Part shown: positions 1 to 17,345 of the stretch, piece by piece
Position numbering within the stretch: position 1 is the first letter of the stretch
Layout: each line of letters begins with the position of its first letter
Source of the DNA: Fimbriosthenelais zetlandica
Lineage: Eukaryota
DNA length: 64,000 bases
Assembly (NCBI GenBank): GCA_977030845.1
Contig: OZ365110.1
Location: 54,188,001-54,252,000 of the forward strand
Direction of reading: 5' to 3'
Program-made: the position numbers and the translations under genes
The notes under the pieces: generated by a model
What the model was told of the DNA's origin: nothing
Database searches by the model: none
What the model saw: only the letters and a program-made list of their open reading frames with translations

Positions 1-225
1 GTCAAGATTCCAATTAGTTATAACTATAATTAGACGTTGCGATTGATGGTGTAAATCACACTGTGAATAACTCGAGGCTTGGAGTGTGGGAACGTGGAAT
101 TTCACATGGGAATGGTGTGAAAAACTCGACTGCCAGACAACTCGATAGCCTACTGCGAGTATAGTCTGACATAGAATAAACCACAAAGTTACATGAGTAT
201 CTCCTGAAAAGAAAAGCTCCATCAA

Positions 226-400
226 CCTTGCGAGTGTTGCGATTTTGTTGTGGCTTGGTAGCCTTTGTGATTGACTTTTCTATGCACTAACACTTGCCGC
301 ATTTACTGCAGTTGCGGGAGAAAGTCCATCGGTGTTCCTTTGCCTTGCGAGTGTTGCGATTATGTTGGAGCTAGTCCTTGTGGCTGAATTTTCTATGGCT
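226..400. repeat. Degenerate direct duplication, about 117-bp period
   Basis: ccttgcgagtgttgcgatt at 226 and 343, with similar downstream sequence. Confidence 0.55.
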
Positions 401-1656
401 ATCAACAGCCATATCACTCTAAAATAGAGCACAATGAATAAAAGGCGATTCTCACAAATAGCAAGCCCCTGCTAGTGCAGTTACCTACTTGCGGCAGTTG
501 CGACAAATCCAGTGTCGCTGCCCGATTAGTAACCCGCCACTGAATCTGTTCAACCACCACAATGTCATGCTCATTTCACCCACCATAATGATGTCCTAAT
601 ACCTCTCAACAACCCGAGTTATTGCGGGGGAGCTTACAATAGCTCACGGCTGACCTCTTATTTGTCACACGGCAACATGAGCCTCCCCTTTTTCCTGCAA
701 ATCTGCTTACAATGTATTGAGTACTTCATTAGGCAGTGGAGGGGAAGCGGCGGTTTCAGGGTCACTTCAACTGAAGATGTGCCGAGAGTGCATTAGTGTA
801 CGACAATTATGTTTGATAATCGGATATGACCATTCATAACTATCATTATGGTATTTGGTTACAAACCTTGACTCCATGTCTACATGGCTTTCAGCTTGCC
901 CCGATTACGCTCTCCATCAGTTATGCTCATTCCATTCAGACAATGCGCCAGAGCCGTTAATTGCCCGCAAGCTCTGGCTACAGGCTATAGAGCATCGTCT
1001 GGAATAATCCAACTATTGTCTGCCACATTTTCAAAGCTTAGATGGGCCTACTAATTAGCGGGCCGGATAAAACAGGGCGATACATAGAATCCACTCATGT
1101 TTGAGGCTTCCATATCAAAACAGAGCGGAAGAAAAGGAGGGGCATTAATTAAATGGGCAAGCTTTGGTTGGAGGGAGGTCGGGACAATGAGGAGCGGCCA
1201 TATTGCACGGCCACGGCTGCTGGGATGCCTTTGACAGGTGAAACCAGAAATTTCGGTCCACTTAGCTTCCATTGAACAGACAGAGGAGGGCAGGCGGAGA
1301 GCTTATAGTTTAGTGTGTTTGTCAATGCTTTGGGTGCTTTCTTTACAGCCGTGGCGTGTGAGGCCAAACTCTTGACTCCCCACAGTAGGCCCTCGCTCGT
1401 GTATGGATTTAAATAGGGCCTCTTTGCCCTCCTCTCAAAAGCCACTCACCTGGGCCACGTAAGGGGGTTTGGGAGCCTGAAGAGCCCTCTCGACTCTAAA
1501 GCTAATGCAGCGCGAGACTCATTACCCCGAGTCAATACACGGCCTTATTCAAGGCTCGGCTTTTTGTACATTATCACTCAATGCTTCATTTACTGTGCTT
1601 ATGTTAACAGTGCTCGTCACAGCAGATGCAGAAGCCAGCTCTGATGATTCCAGCCG

Positions 1657-2570
1657 TAAACAGAGCCTCCACTATCACGATAGACCACTAATATAGCTTA
1701 AACAGGGCCTCCACTATCACGATAGACCACTAATATAGCTTAAACAGGGCCTCCACTATCACGATAGACCACTAATATAGCTTAAACAGGGCCTCCACTA
1801 TCACGATAGACCACTAATATAGCTTAAACAGGACCTCCACTATCACGATAGACCACTAATATAGCTTAAACAGGACCTCCACTATCACGATAGACCACTA
1901 ATATAGCTTAAACAGGGCCTCTACTATCACGATAGACCACTAATATAGCTTAAACAGGGCCTCCACTGTCACGATAGACCACTAATATAGCTTAAACAGG
2001 GCCTCCACTGTCACGATAGACTACTAATATAGCTTAAACAGGGCCTCCACTATCACGATAGACCACTAATATAGCTTAAACAGAGCCTCTACTATCACGA
2101 TAGACCACTAATATAGCTTAAACAGGGCCTCCACTATCACGATAGACCACTAATATAGCTTAAACAGGGCCTCCACTATCACGATAGACCACTAATATAG
2201 CTTAAACAGGGCCTCCACTATCACGATAAACCTCTAATATAGCTTAAACAGGGCCTCTACTGTCACGATAGACCACTAATATAGCTTAAACAGGGCCTCT
2301 ACTATCACGATATATATATACGTAATAGTGGAAGCCCTGTTTAACCTATCATAACTGCTATATTAGAGGTTTATCGTGATAGTGGAGGCCCTGTTTAAGC
2401 TATATTAGTGGTCTATCGTGATAGTAGAGGCCCTGTTTAAGCTCAGTGGTTTATATATAGACCACTGAGATAGCTTAAACAGGGCCTCCACTATCACCAT
2501 AGACCACTAATACAGCAGTTAATATAGCTTAAACAGGGTCTCCACTATCACAATAGACCACTGAGATAAC
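1657..2570. repeat. 42-bp minisatellite (aaacagggcctccactatcacgatagaccactaatatagctt): about 15.5 forward copies, about 3 inverted copies, then about 2 forward copies
   Basis: Exact 42-bp period (e.g. 1681/1723). Orientation switches near 2315 and 2455. Confidence 0.97.
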
Positions 2571-4874
2571 AGATAAGATGCTCCAAAATTATTCAAATTA
2601 TTATAGGTGTTCCCTTCGGAATATAACATATATCTTAACTGTTGTCTTAGGTGACTATCGTGATAGTGGAGTCCCCGCTTTACTCTTTCACACAAGGCCG
2701 TATTAGGGGCCTACATCACACCCCAGCAAGGCCACGCAATGTCAGAAATCTATAAATTCAGGCCTTCTTAGATGGTAATTGGTTCCAATCAAAGGAAGGC
2801 GCGGACTCGCTCGCGCGTCGCCTAATGGATATGAGTGTGATTATTGGAGGTGCGCCCGGCTTATTGCCAAGGTCCTTCATTATACCGTGAAACATGATGG
2901 CATGCCTCGAAAAAAGGTGTTCACAAAAACATGTTCCCATCTCCTGATGATGGGATCAGCCGCCAAAACCCTCCCCCAACTCCTTCCCCCATCAACCCCC
3001 ACCCCCAGCCTTCTTTTCCCTCCCATCCTCTCCCGATCCATCCCTCCCGCCCCACTCTTCCCGCTTCAAACCACATATCCCCTGTTTACTTGTCTCGCCT
3101 CCAAAAATAAATAATCCTTTCAAAAGAAGGAAGGCATTGGTGACTGATTATTTGGTATTGAGGGATCGGGTACTTGGTAATAGACAGAGGGTACTCAGCT
3201 AATCTGTGGCCGATGTAAATCCCAGGAGCGCCTGATGTGATTTGTTTCATAAAAAACATACACACCATTAGCCAATATTAAGGCTGTGGGTTTTTAAGAT
3301 AAACAAGCCTGCGGCGCTTAATGGTATTTCATCCGATAAAGGTTTGGACTATTATGCTTGTATATTTAGATTCCATGCCACTCATAAACATCTTTCTCCA
3401 ACCCCTTTTTTCTCTCTCCATTATACAACGCTTGATTCTTTATTGATTTTTTTTCATTTTTTTAAAATTTTTAACTGGCATAATAATATGATTATCAAGA
3501 TTTTATTATTAGATATGTCAATTTTTAAAAATAAATGAATTTAAGTGCGTTGAATTTATTTTAATTGGTGGAAATCGGTATTCATTTCATTGATATTTTG
3601 TCAGTCACAAAGGCGTAGACAAGGCAAACAACCCCACCAGTGGAGCTGCCCCATAAAAACAATGCCTTTCTATCAGCTAATGGTAAACAAAATAGTAAAT
3701 ACATATTTTGTTTTTGTTTTTACGGGAATATTTATTTATAGATCATCTTATGTCAACAATTACAAGTACAAAAACAGGTACACATGTATATCATTATCAC
3801 AAAAGGTAGCGCTGTATGTTAGACACATTCCAGTTCATGTTTTATAGAACATTTACATTTTACTCTGATGTCAGAGTTGAGGGGTTGATACAGAGTCTCA
3901 GTGTTGACTCATAATATGCCGGCTTTTATATACATAAACCTTTCATTTGTATAACACATAATTCATTAAGCCTTTGAGGTGGAGCCCACCAAACCGATTT
4001 ACATTCCGATGGTCATATAATGATAAATTTGTCAGTTTTGTTTGTGGAAACCATTGCTACAATGGCTCGTGGAAATTTTGATAAACATCGAATCCACAAT
4101 CGGCCTGGTATGGGTTGTCCTTAAAGAGAGATTGCACACATCAGTTTAAGCATGTGTGTGAACACTTGTATACTTGACGAGACTCGGTTGTCCACGTCCT
4201 TGTTTACCAAAGGGTACAATAACACCGAGTCTAAAATCTAATACCCATGCCTGACAACATTCCATAAATATTCCATCGGAATAAATATGCCCAAGACACA
4301 AAGGGGAAACTCAAAAATCGTAAGCATTCGATTGGTGTTTTCAACATGTTTTCGTTACGAGGACCTCGCCTTTTGATTGGCTAGGTTTAAGTAGGTCAGA
4401 GCTTGCCGGATGTGAAACTCTGAACGGGCATGCGCATTGCGGAGGTCATTCAGTCTGTTATGTTGAGAAATTATTGAATGTTTGAAAGGAGACATCTTCC
4501 CAAATTCATTTTCCCCCGAAGTTAACAAAAATATAAATTTAAACGTTGAATTTGATGGCATTATCTGAACTATGAATTCATGTGATTATTTCAATTACAA
4601 GAATACACGGTGTTAGTTTCACCAGCCTTATAGACGGAATTCGACTAGTAGTACGGAGTAATCGAACCCGAGAAGCCAAAGAGAAAGAGTCAAACATGCA
4701 GAGGTGGGGAAAGAAAGAAGGGAGATAGAGACAGAGAGAGGGAGACAGGGACAGAGAGAGGGAGACAAAATTAACTGAGAGATGCAGAGAGAGACTGAGA
4801 GCGAGATAGAGGAGAGAGGCGGTGAGAACGATGGAGAGGGAGGAAGAGAGAGAGAAAGAAGAAGGCGGAAGGAT

Positions 4875-5027
4875 NNNNNNNNNNNNNNNNNNNNNNNNNN
4901 NNNNNNNNNNNNNNNNNNNNNNNNNNNNNNNNNNNNNNNNNNNNNNNNNNNNNNNNNNNNNNNNNNNNNNNNNNNNNNNNNNNNNNNNNNNNNNNNNNNN
5001 NNNNNNNNNNNNNNNNNNNNNNNNNNN
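4875..5027. other. Assembly gap (153 N) next to a GA-rich repeat at about 4680-4874
   Basis: Run of N. Confidence 0.99.
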
Positions 5028-5100
5028 CGTGGCCACCTAATTGATCATGTGATACGTTGAGATCTCTGGCCGGTGGTTGTCATTGTCAGTATGATTTACG

Positions 5101-5114
5101 GCGCCCTCTCGCGG
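5101..5114 (-). promoter_or_regulatory. CTCF-like motif CCGCGAGAGGGCGC
   Basis: Perfect match to CCRSNAGRKGGCRS. Confidence 0.55.
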
Positions 5115-5419
5115 CGTCACGTGATTATGATGTAGACGAATCGCCCGCCCCTCTCCCGCCTCTCAAGTTTCCGTGAGTGACTATTTACCTAACGATCAAT
5201 TAGCATTTGTATTCGCTAATTGCACAGTTTCATCTTCATTAGAAAGCAATATGCTTCTACCAATCGACATATCACTTCCCTTAACACTCAAACAAATTGG
5301 TTCTGCCTTGAGGCCTGAGTTTAGTACGGTATAGGCATTATATATATACGCAGTACCCCCATTATTGACACATATTATTATAATATCAACCTTAAAGTGC
5401 TGTATGATATCACATCTGG

Positions 5420-5425
5420 TTTATT
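5420..5425 (-). terminator. Possible Hmx polyadenylation signal AATAAA
   Basis: First canonical AATAAA I found on the minus strand downstream of the gene, about 1.1 kb past the second stop. Confidence 0.25.
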
Positions 5426-6483
5426 TTCCGTTTTAAGAAGACCATCCAACCAAGGAAGCAAATATACACATTCGTTCTTCACCAATAAATAAGGAATAGG
5501 GACAACACGACTACAGGGACAATTGTTCATATACACTATCTGATATATAATATGGAATAACATTATTTTCATGCGATATACATTTGATACATGATGCCAT
5601 GCCATATTTGGACATGGCACATGGCAACGTTTGAACGTCAGGACTCGTGTAATGAAATCATTGTCTAGCCAATACAATTTCTAAAACAGCACCAATAATA
5701 TTTGAGGCGAAGCCATTGCCTGTGGCAAGAACTGCATGGTCTTACAACGCTCGTCTATACAAAGCCGACCCACGCAGCTGCTGGCCATTATATAGTATAT
5801 GATTCCGAGTTCAGTCCCTCAACACAAAGGTCCCCCACTACACCTCCCCCCACTAACACATAGATTTCATCATTGACCTAATTCCCCTTATTTCTTTGGG
5901 AAGCCTCCTTCGTTCTCACATTTCCCCATTAATACCCGGTGATAAGCCCTGAAGACCGATCAGCTCATTAAAGTGTTTTTCCTCTCCCCTTGTTTCCCCG
6001 TCTGTAGCATTTTGATGAATTAAATAATTTCCTTGCCCTTCCCATATTTGGTTTGAAAAGGGGATTGGGTATCAGACTCGGGGCCATTCCAAAACAAACA
6101 TTTGTAATGGTAAGTCTATTGGGTAATATTAGTTTTAGAACTCCCCAAGAATTCCCGTTTAAGCCTATTGTCCCCCTCTGCATTTCCCCCGATATTTTTG
6201 CACCTACGACTTGCCAATCCCATTCCTACAAAGCCCGACACACATAATGGCATTTACAAAATGATATTCCACAGTACGTTGGGCTTACTATGTCGCGATT
6301 GAAAAACATTTCAAAAAAACCATGTCATGCAATTTTCTGAACGGAAGTTGAGAAATAAGAGATCTGCTTTTAAATGAGATTTGAGGGATAACTGTCCCTC
6401 AGATTGTTCCCTTTTTATGAGAGAGTTAATGGCAGGTTACCTGACGACAATGTTTGTGACTTTTGGCCTCACGTGGCAAGTGT

Positions 6484-6912
6484 TTAAGCGTTTGTCTTTT
6501 GAGGTGTAGTGGTAGGAGACACATCAGGGGGCGTCGACAGCCGGGGCTGGAGAGCCAGTCTGAGGGGGTCCATGGGGGGAGGAGGGGCGGGCAGGGATGC
6601 TGGAGGAATACCTCCAACTCCAGGTGACAGTTTGTGACTGAGGTCTGTAGAACTCACCATTATATTCCCGCCCGTCGCTCCTGAGATGGAGGATACAGAG
6701 AGGGGAATAGATGTGAGAGAGGGAGGCGGGGGAAGAGCGGAAACGGGAAGAGGAGCAGGATGTAGGATCCGACTCATGATCCCCGCGGCGAATGTCTTCT
6801 CACCCCCTCCTGTTCCCCCTCCCATGGCGTTTGGGGAAGAGGAGGAGGAAGGGGATGAAGGGGAAGAGGGGTAAACAGTTTGTGGTGAGAGCTGTTGTTC
6901 GGCTATTCGTCG
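6484..6912 (-). other. Candidate stop-codon readthrough extension of Hmx (142 codons + TAA)
   Basis: In frame with the Hmx CDS directly after TGA-C, with no stop from 6912 to 6487. S/P/G-rich; GC content drops after the second stop. Confidence 0.5.
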
Positions 6913-11925
<5,013 letters not shown>

Positions 11926-12604
11926 GGTCAAATGGAAAATGGACATATGGGTTGGTAGTGAACCATGGGTACCAGGCTGTGGGTTTGCCAGGGAGTTGTC
12001 TTCCCTCCAACAACCCCGGGTTTAACCCCGGGTGGAATTGTCCCAAATGTCCCAGTTGCACGGCTGCTGCAGCTGCCGCCGCGGCCGCCGCAGCCGCCGC
12101 CGCAGACGTAGCCACCGTGGCGGCATCCGGCTTGCCTCCATCTCGTTCCCCGGGTGGGGGCGACGACGACGTCGACGACAAGGTATCGCGAGACAATCGC
12201 GTCCTTTCCTCCTCGCGCTTTTTACTAAAGTCACTGTCAGGACGACTTAGGATGGAACTGATACTGAAATTGGATGATTTCGGGACCGGGTTGGACGCTG
12301 GAGGTGGAGGGGGACTGGGCAGGGAGGGATGGGGCACAACCACCGGCCCTGCCGGCGAGGAAGGCCGGGGAGACACACTGGCTGGTGGCCGGGCTTTCTC
12401 CCTGTGAAGGACTGGTGATATACACCTCTGTCCTTGCTGTTGTTGCTGCTGTTGTTGTTGTTGTGCCTCCATCTCTCTCACTGTTTCTGTCCTGTTCTCC
12501 CTCATTGTCCCGTTACTCAGGTTGATTGTGTTGCTGTTAGTGTCTTTGGTAATTTTTGTAGGGCATGAAGAGCTCTCCATGACTTCTCTGTCAGTGTCAG
12601 ACAT
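11926..12604 (-). CDS. Hmx: Hmx/NK5 homeobox gene, coding exon 1 (226 codons + 1 nt)
   Basis: ORF starts in TTCAAA-ATG context. It has poly-Q and poly-A tracts, eh1 (SNFSISSIL) and the Hmx-type AWYPW motif. It ends GAC C|GTAAGT, a phase-1 donor at 11925. Confidence 0.9.
12248..12268 (-). other. eh1 (Groucho/TLE-binding) motif FSISSIL
   Basis: Matches FSIxxIL, which is conserved in NK-class proteins. Confidence 0.85.
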
Positions 12605-13479
12605 TTTGAAGCAGTCAGAGAAAAAATATTCTCCTTTAATGAACGATATTCCTCCTTGTTTGAAAAATATTTACTGATGAGTGATTTTTATTAGAAAAAA
12701 TCCTCAGACTTGAAAAAGTATTTCCATGTCCCTTGTAGAGAGGTGAATGTTTCACTGTTGAGGGGTTAATGTTAATACCTCGCTATAAGTCGGTAGGCGG
12801 GAGCTCAGGTGTAACATATAGGTGGGTATGTCTCATTGGGAACTAACCAGTTGTAAGGTGACAAGTTGGGAGTCCCAGACCTCAGTCCATCTACAAGCTC
12901 TCTCCACGTGTATACGTCCAGTACACGCTACAAGGACAAAAGCGGCGCGAAAAATCTCAAGTCTTGACTTAACTCCAGGGATAGACTAAGAAATTTTCGT
13001 CTGCTCGATGTGTGTTCAGAAATAGAGTCCGCCTGAACATTCTCTCAGATGTCTTGACATGTCTTTGCGAGTGATCTGCCAAGCAGATAATGCACTGAAA
13101 GAGTCGGATCACTCGCTTGGTGGATCACCTATACCAAATCCAAAATAAAGCTCTCCAGACATGAACACCCAATCCCGTCCTTTCTGGATTTAGGTGAGAG
13201 GTAGAAATAGGTGTGAATATTGGAGGTAAAGTCCTAATGTGGTAAGTTTAGAATAATTCCTGTTAGAAGTTGAAGTTTTCAATAAATGCTCGCAAAATGT
13301 TCAAGTCCTTTGGGCACTTTGAAGTAGAAGTAGTGAGTTGAAGTTATGAAGATGTTTGGTGGCGCTTGTAAGTGGTGTGTGAGAGAGGAACATGTGGAGG
13401 GCTCCTCACCTTGGCGCTTCTAGGCGTCAACTGGACAAGTGAGGGAGATGGTGGTAAGTATAACAGGGTGATGAGGATG

Positions 13480-13720
13480 GTACACGACCAACCAGAGACT
13501 AGTACAAGCGTCTCATCACCTCCCGTCAAAAACACCAGGCTCCCCACTTATACTGCCTCACCACGACTGACTCCATCCACGATTGGCCATAGACAAAGCC
13601 TTAAAGAGATTAGTAAACAGTGTCTCCACCTCAACGCTCCCCCATCACTGTTAACACCACCCGCCCAGCCCCGGATGTAACGCCAACTCCCATTGGTTGG
13701 CCTTCTCGCCTCCAATTAGC
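13480..13720 (-). promoter_or_regulatory. Possible Hmx core promoter
   Basis: Minus-strand TATAAG at 13552-13547, with CCAAT boxes near 13583 and 13693 upstream. The TSS cannot be determined from sequence. Confidence 0.3.
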
Positions 13721-16700
13721 GTCTGAAAGCCTGGCTCTGGTTGGTCGGAGGACTGTAATTTTGCAATTACTAATGCTTGTCACCACGCCTTCTCATTGCA
13801 CGCTGCATTGCCTCCACGTTCCGCCCCTTATTTCCCATGCCTTCCCACTGACTAAGGCACCAATGCTCTATAGGCAAAATGGAGGCTTTCTTGTACTTAT
13901 TCACTCCATAGGAATTGTAGACTTCCCCACCCGCTCATTTGAACCCCATTTTACAAACACAGCAGCCGAGGGCAAGTACATGCATCTATTGTGTGGCTAG
14001 TTCACGCCAGTTTATGGAGCTTTGTCAACACCTATAATTTACAAATAAACGCATGAAAGGGCTCCCCTCCAATCTCCACCTTCCATAGGAGCTGGAGATC
14101 GTTATTCCGTCACCCAATTTCCCTATGCCCGCGGGGTTGGGGGCAGTTTTTATCAAGACTAGATTTGAAAACCATTTACCCGAGCTTGAATACTTATTTC
14201 AAAACCAAAGCCCCAATGCTTTCTCATCTTGGCTCCACCTCCCCCCTTTTCCTTCTATAAGCGGGCTCGGGCTGATGTTTGAAAGTGTCTGTGCTCACGG
14301 AGACAGCTCATTCATGTCAATAACATCTAATGTCGGCGCCTAATACACCGTTCACGCCCATCTAAACAACAGTGCTTCTCATTTATTTTTCTCAGTAGCC
14401 GATGGTGGAGTGTTTCTGTTTTATTTAGGCCCATTTCACGGCGCTGTCCTTCAGGCGTAATGGGGCTCGGCATGGCGCTATAGACGCGGGTGAGACAGGG
14501 GACCAGCGGGTCATTCTGTGACGTCGCGGGGTGCCGTATTCAGGCTCGGTCACGTATGCACGACATTCATCGCGACATTAACTCACCAAGCAAACAGCGA
14601 ATTTAGAAAATTAACCGCCGACAGAAAGGCACCAGCAGTCCTCCCACTATCCTCAATAGTATAACCATCAGTTATACTGTAAGGAATAGGATGGGAGAGA
14701 GAGGAAGACATGGGAATGGTAGCGCCAATCTATCCTATAGTATAGTGATCTAGCCTTCAAAGAAGCGGCGGAATAATAGTGAAATTCTCCTTCAAAGGGA
14801 CTTTGCGGTTGGCGAGGTCCTGATGATTAAAATCTCTGGCCTTGATTCAGTGTCTCTGGCGTGTATTTGTGAATAAAGCCATTCTATGAGGAGCTGCCTC
14901 AGTCCCCCACTCACTGCCATTGTTAATACAGATGTTGGTTCAATGGCGACATACTCGCTTCCTCCATTCAACACTTGAGTAGCATTAACTTAATGGCTGG
15001 ACAAAGGGCCGAGCAAATATAGGAGGAGAGGCGCATTACAGGGCTGGTCCCACTAAAGTAGCTATTGATTACCACGAGTGGCATTATACCAATTACTAGT
15101 ATTAGTCATGTTTAGTCCCGTGAGAAAACTACTCAGCCAGTTAATACTGATTTAATACTGCTGTATGTATGTATAAATCTTACAACGAGTATTAGATTAA
15201 GATATTAATAATATTATTATTTTATTGATAATATAAATTATATTATTGAGCAACATTATATTATACTATTAGTGCTTACAAATACAGAAATTGTTTGTTA
15301 GTCTAATGGTACTTTCAAAGATTGTTTATGAAGAATATAAATAAATTGCCTGTGGATTATTTCTGCAAAATATTATCATCTTGGATGGGGTGTGCATTGT
15401 AGGGAAACGTCCAACAGTTTAACTAATGGCACTCTAGATTCTAAGTGACATATTTAATTAAAAATTCATTTGGATTTACAGTTATCAAATTAATTGCACT
15501 GCAAGTGACAGATCTGGAGGCCTCCCTATCACAGGCGCCATGTTCAAGTTACGAACAAGAGGGGGGCAGGCAGAGAGAGGGGAGGGACAAAACGCGGCCT
15601 AATGAATGAAGACAAATCACCGCGCGTCGTTTGATGTCGGTGGAGGTCTTTTTTAAAGCCTCGTATTCAATGAACGCCGATGCCAAGCGCAACAATCTGC
15701 GATGAAGAGGCGGGCTGGGGGACCACGTGTTGCAATCAGCGTTATAAGCGTCATTAATGATCTTAACAAGCTGCTGTCTAAACATGACACAGACCATTAG
15801 GCGGTCGTTTTCAGATCTCCGAAACAAAAGCACCTTAAAACCGTCCCCCCTCCCAACTCCACCATTGTACCCGCAAGCCATTCTCCTATAGCCAGCGCAT
15901 GCACTCTCCACTTCCCTATCCCTCATCCCATCTCCCCTTTCCCCAGACTTCCCCTTTCCTCCCCCACCCCCTACTGGTGACCAGCGTTATATTTATTCCT
16001 AACCCTTAAAGCGCAGGCTGTACCCATGTTTCCTCGGCTTAGGGCTAGTTCCAGGAAGACTATTAGTAATAAAAAAAAAAGCGACAGGCATGGACGATGA
16101 AAAAGCAGGCCAGTTGGCATTTAACAAGGCGAGGTGAACACGATTCAGACCAAGTGATTATGCTTTGAGACAAAAGGCTATCCGGACCTAAATAAGCTGC
16201 ATTTGAGCTTTGTCAATCGTGGGACCACCTTCGTTACGAATTGAGTTGTTTTTGGTAAAAAGTAGGAAGAAAAGTAGGATAACGCGACATGAGGATTCTG
16301 ATCATTAACCCGATGAACCAAGTTGTTAATTTCTCCATCTTCATTAGAAATATTGAACTAATTGACGCCTCATCACGTTGCCTGTGTGAGGTGCCTGTTC
16401 TATTCTTATCCCCTGTAATTGGAACGTTGTCACTAAGCACGATAACAATAGAAAATACAAAGTCTTTGCTCTCGTGGCCCACCGTATTGCCTGGCGCTGA
16501 GGCTTCTTGCCTTATACTTCTCACCACTCTCCCTTCACACCCCAAGACGGAAGTCTAAATACAAACGATAAAGGCCTATAGATAAAGTATTAATAGACCA
16601 CTGAAAGTTTATTAGGAAGGCAATTAGAAGTGTAGAATGTTGTCTAGTAATTATGACCTAATTTGAGAGGAATGGAGAGAGTAGATGAAAGGGAAACACG

Positions 16701-17070
16701 GCCTATAGGGGATGGAATGGGGAAGGGGAAGGGGAAGCCCACTCTTCACGACTCCCATGGTATGGTTGGGTTTCTATGATCGTCATGCAGGCACATCTAA
16801 GCGAGTGTCGCCACCTACTCGCGGTTTTTGGAAGCATTTGACGCTGTGACTCAGCTGAGTGACAACTCGTGTTTCCCTCTATAATAGGCCTATAGGATGT
16901 CTATGTGTTTTGCATCGTGCCTGACAGCTTATTTTCTAATATATTTTTCTTTAATCTAATAGATAGGCCATCTCAATACGCTGCAGGGCTGGCAACGTTC
17001 TTAAAGGATGTATATGTACATGTCGCTTCCATGCATGCATATTTACTGTTTAGCCATTCCGTTCCTTCAC

Positions 17071-17345
17071 TCAGTCAGTCAGTCAGTCAGTCAGCCAGCC
17101 AGTCAGGCAGCCAGTCAGTCAGGCAGGCAGCCATGCAGTTAGTCAGTCAGTCAGTCAGTCAGTCAGTCAATCTGTCAGTCAGTCAGTCAGTCAGTCAGTC
17201 AATCAGTCAGTCAGTCAGTCAGTCAGTCAGTCAGCCATGCAGTTAGTCAGTCAGTCAGTCAGTCAGCCATGCAGTTAGTCAGTCAGTCAGCCAGTCAATC
17301 AGTCAGTCAGTCAGCCAGTCAGTCAGTCAGTCAGTCAGTCAGTCA
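17071..17345. repeat. (CAGT)n microsatellite interrupted by cagccatgcagtt, followed by a CT/CTCA-rich tract to about 17810
   Basis: Direct inspection. Confidence 0.97.

Noticed and set aside
1657-2310. CRISPR-like appearance of palindromic repeats (also 51517 and 31590)
   Set aside because: Units are head-to-tail with no unique spacers, there are no cas genes, and the context is eukaryotic.
4578-5060. ORFs spanning the N gap
   Set aside because: Artefacts of the gap and the GA repeat.
6379-6404. 3'UTR hairpin UGAGGGA-CAGUUA-UCCCUCA resembling an iron-responsive element
   Set aside because: The loop is CAGUUA rather than CAGUGH, and the unpaired C is 7 bp, not 5 bp, from the loop.
11952-12407. 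Plus-strand ORFs over Hmx exons (also 7718-7966, 7744-7944, 12032-12525, 6686-6874) and alternative-frame ORFs such as 7260-7580
   Set aside because: Shadow frames of GC-rich, low-complexity coding sequence, with no recognisable domains.
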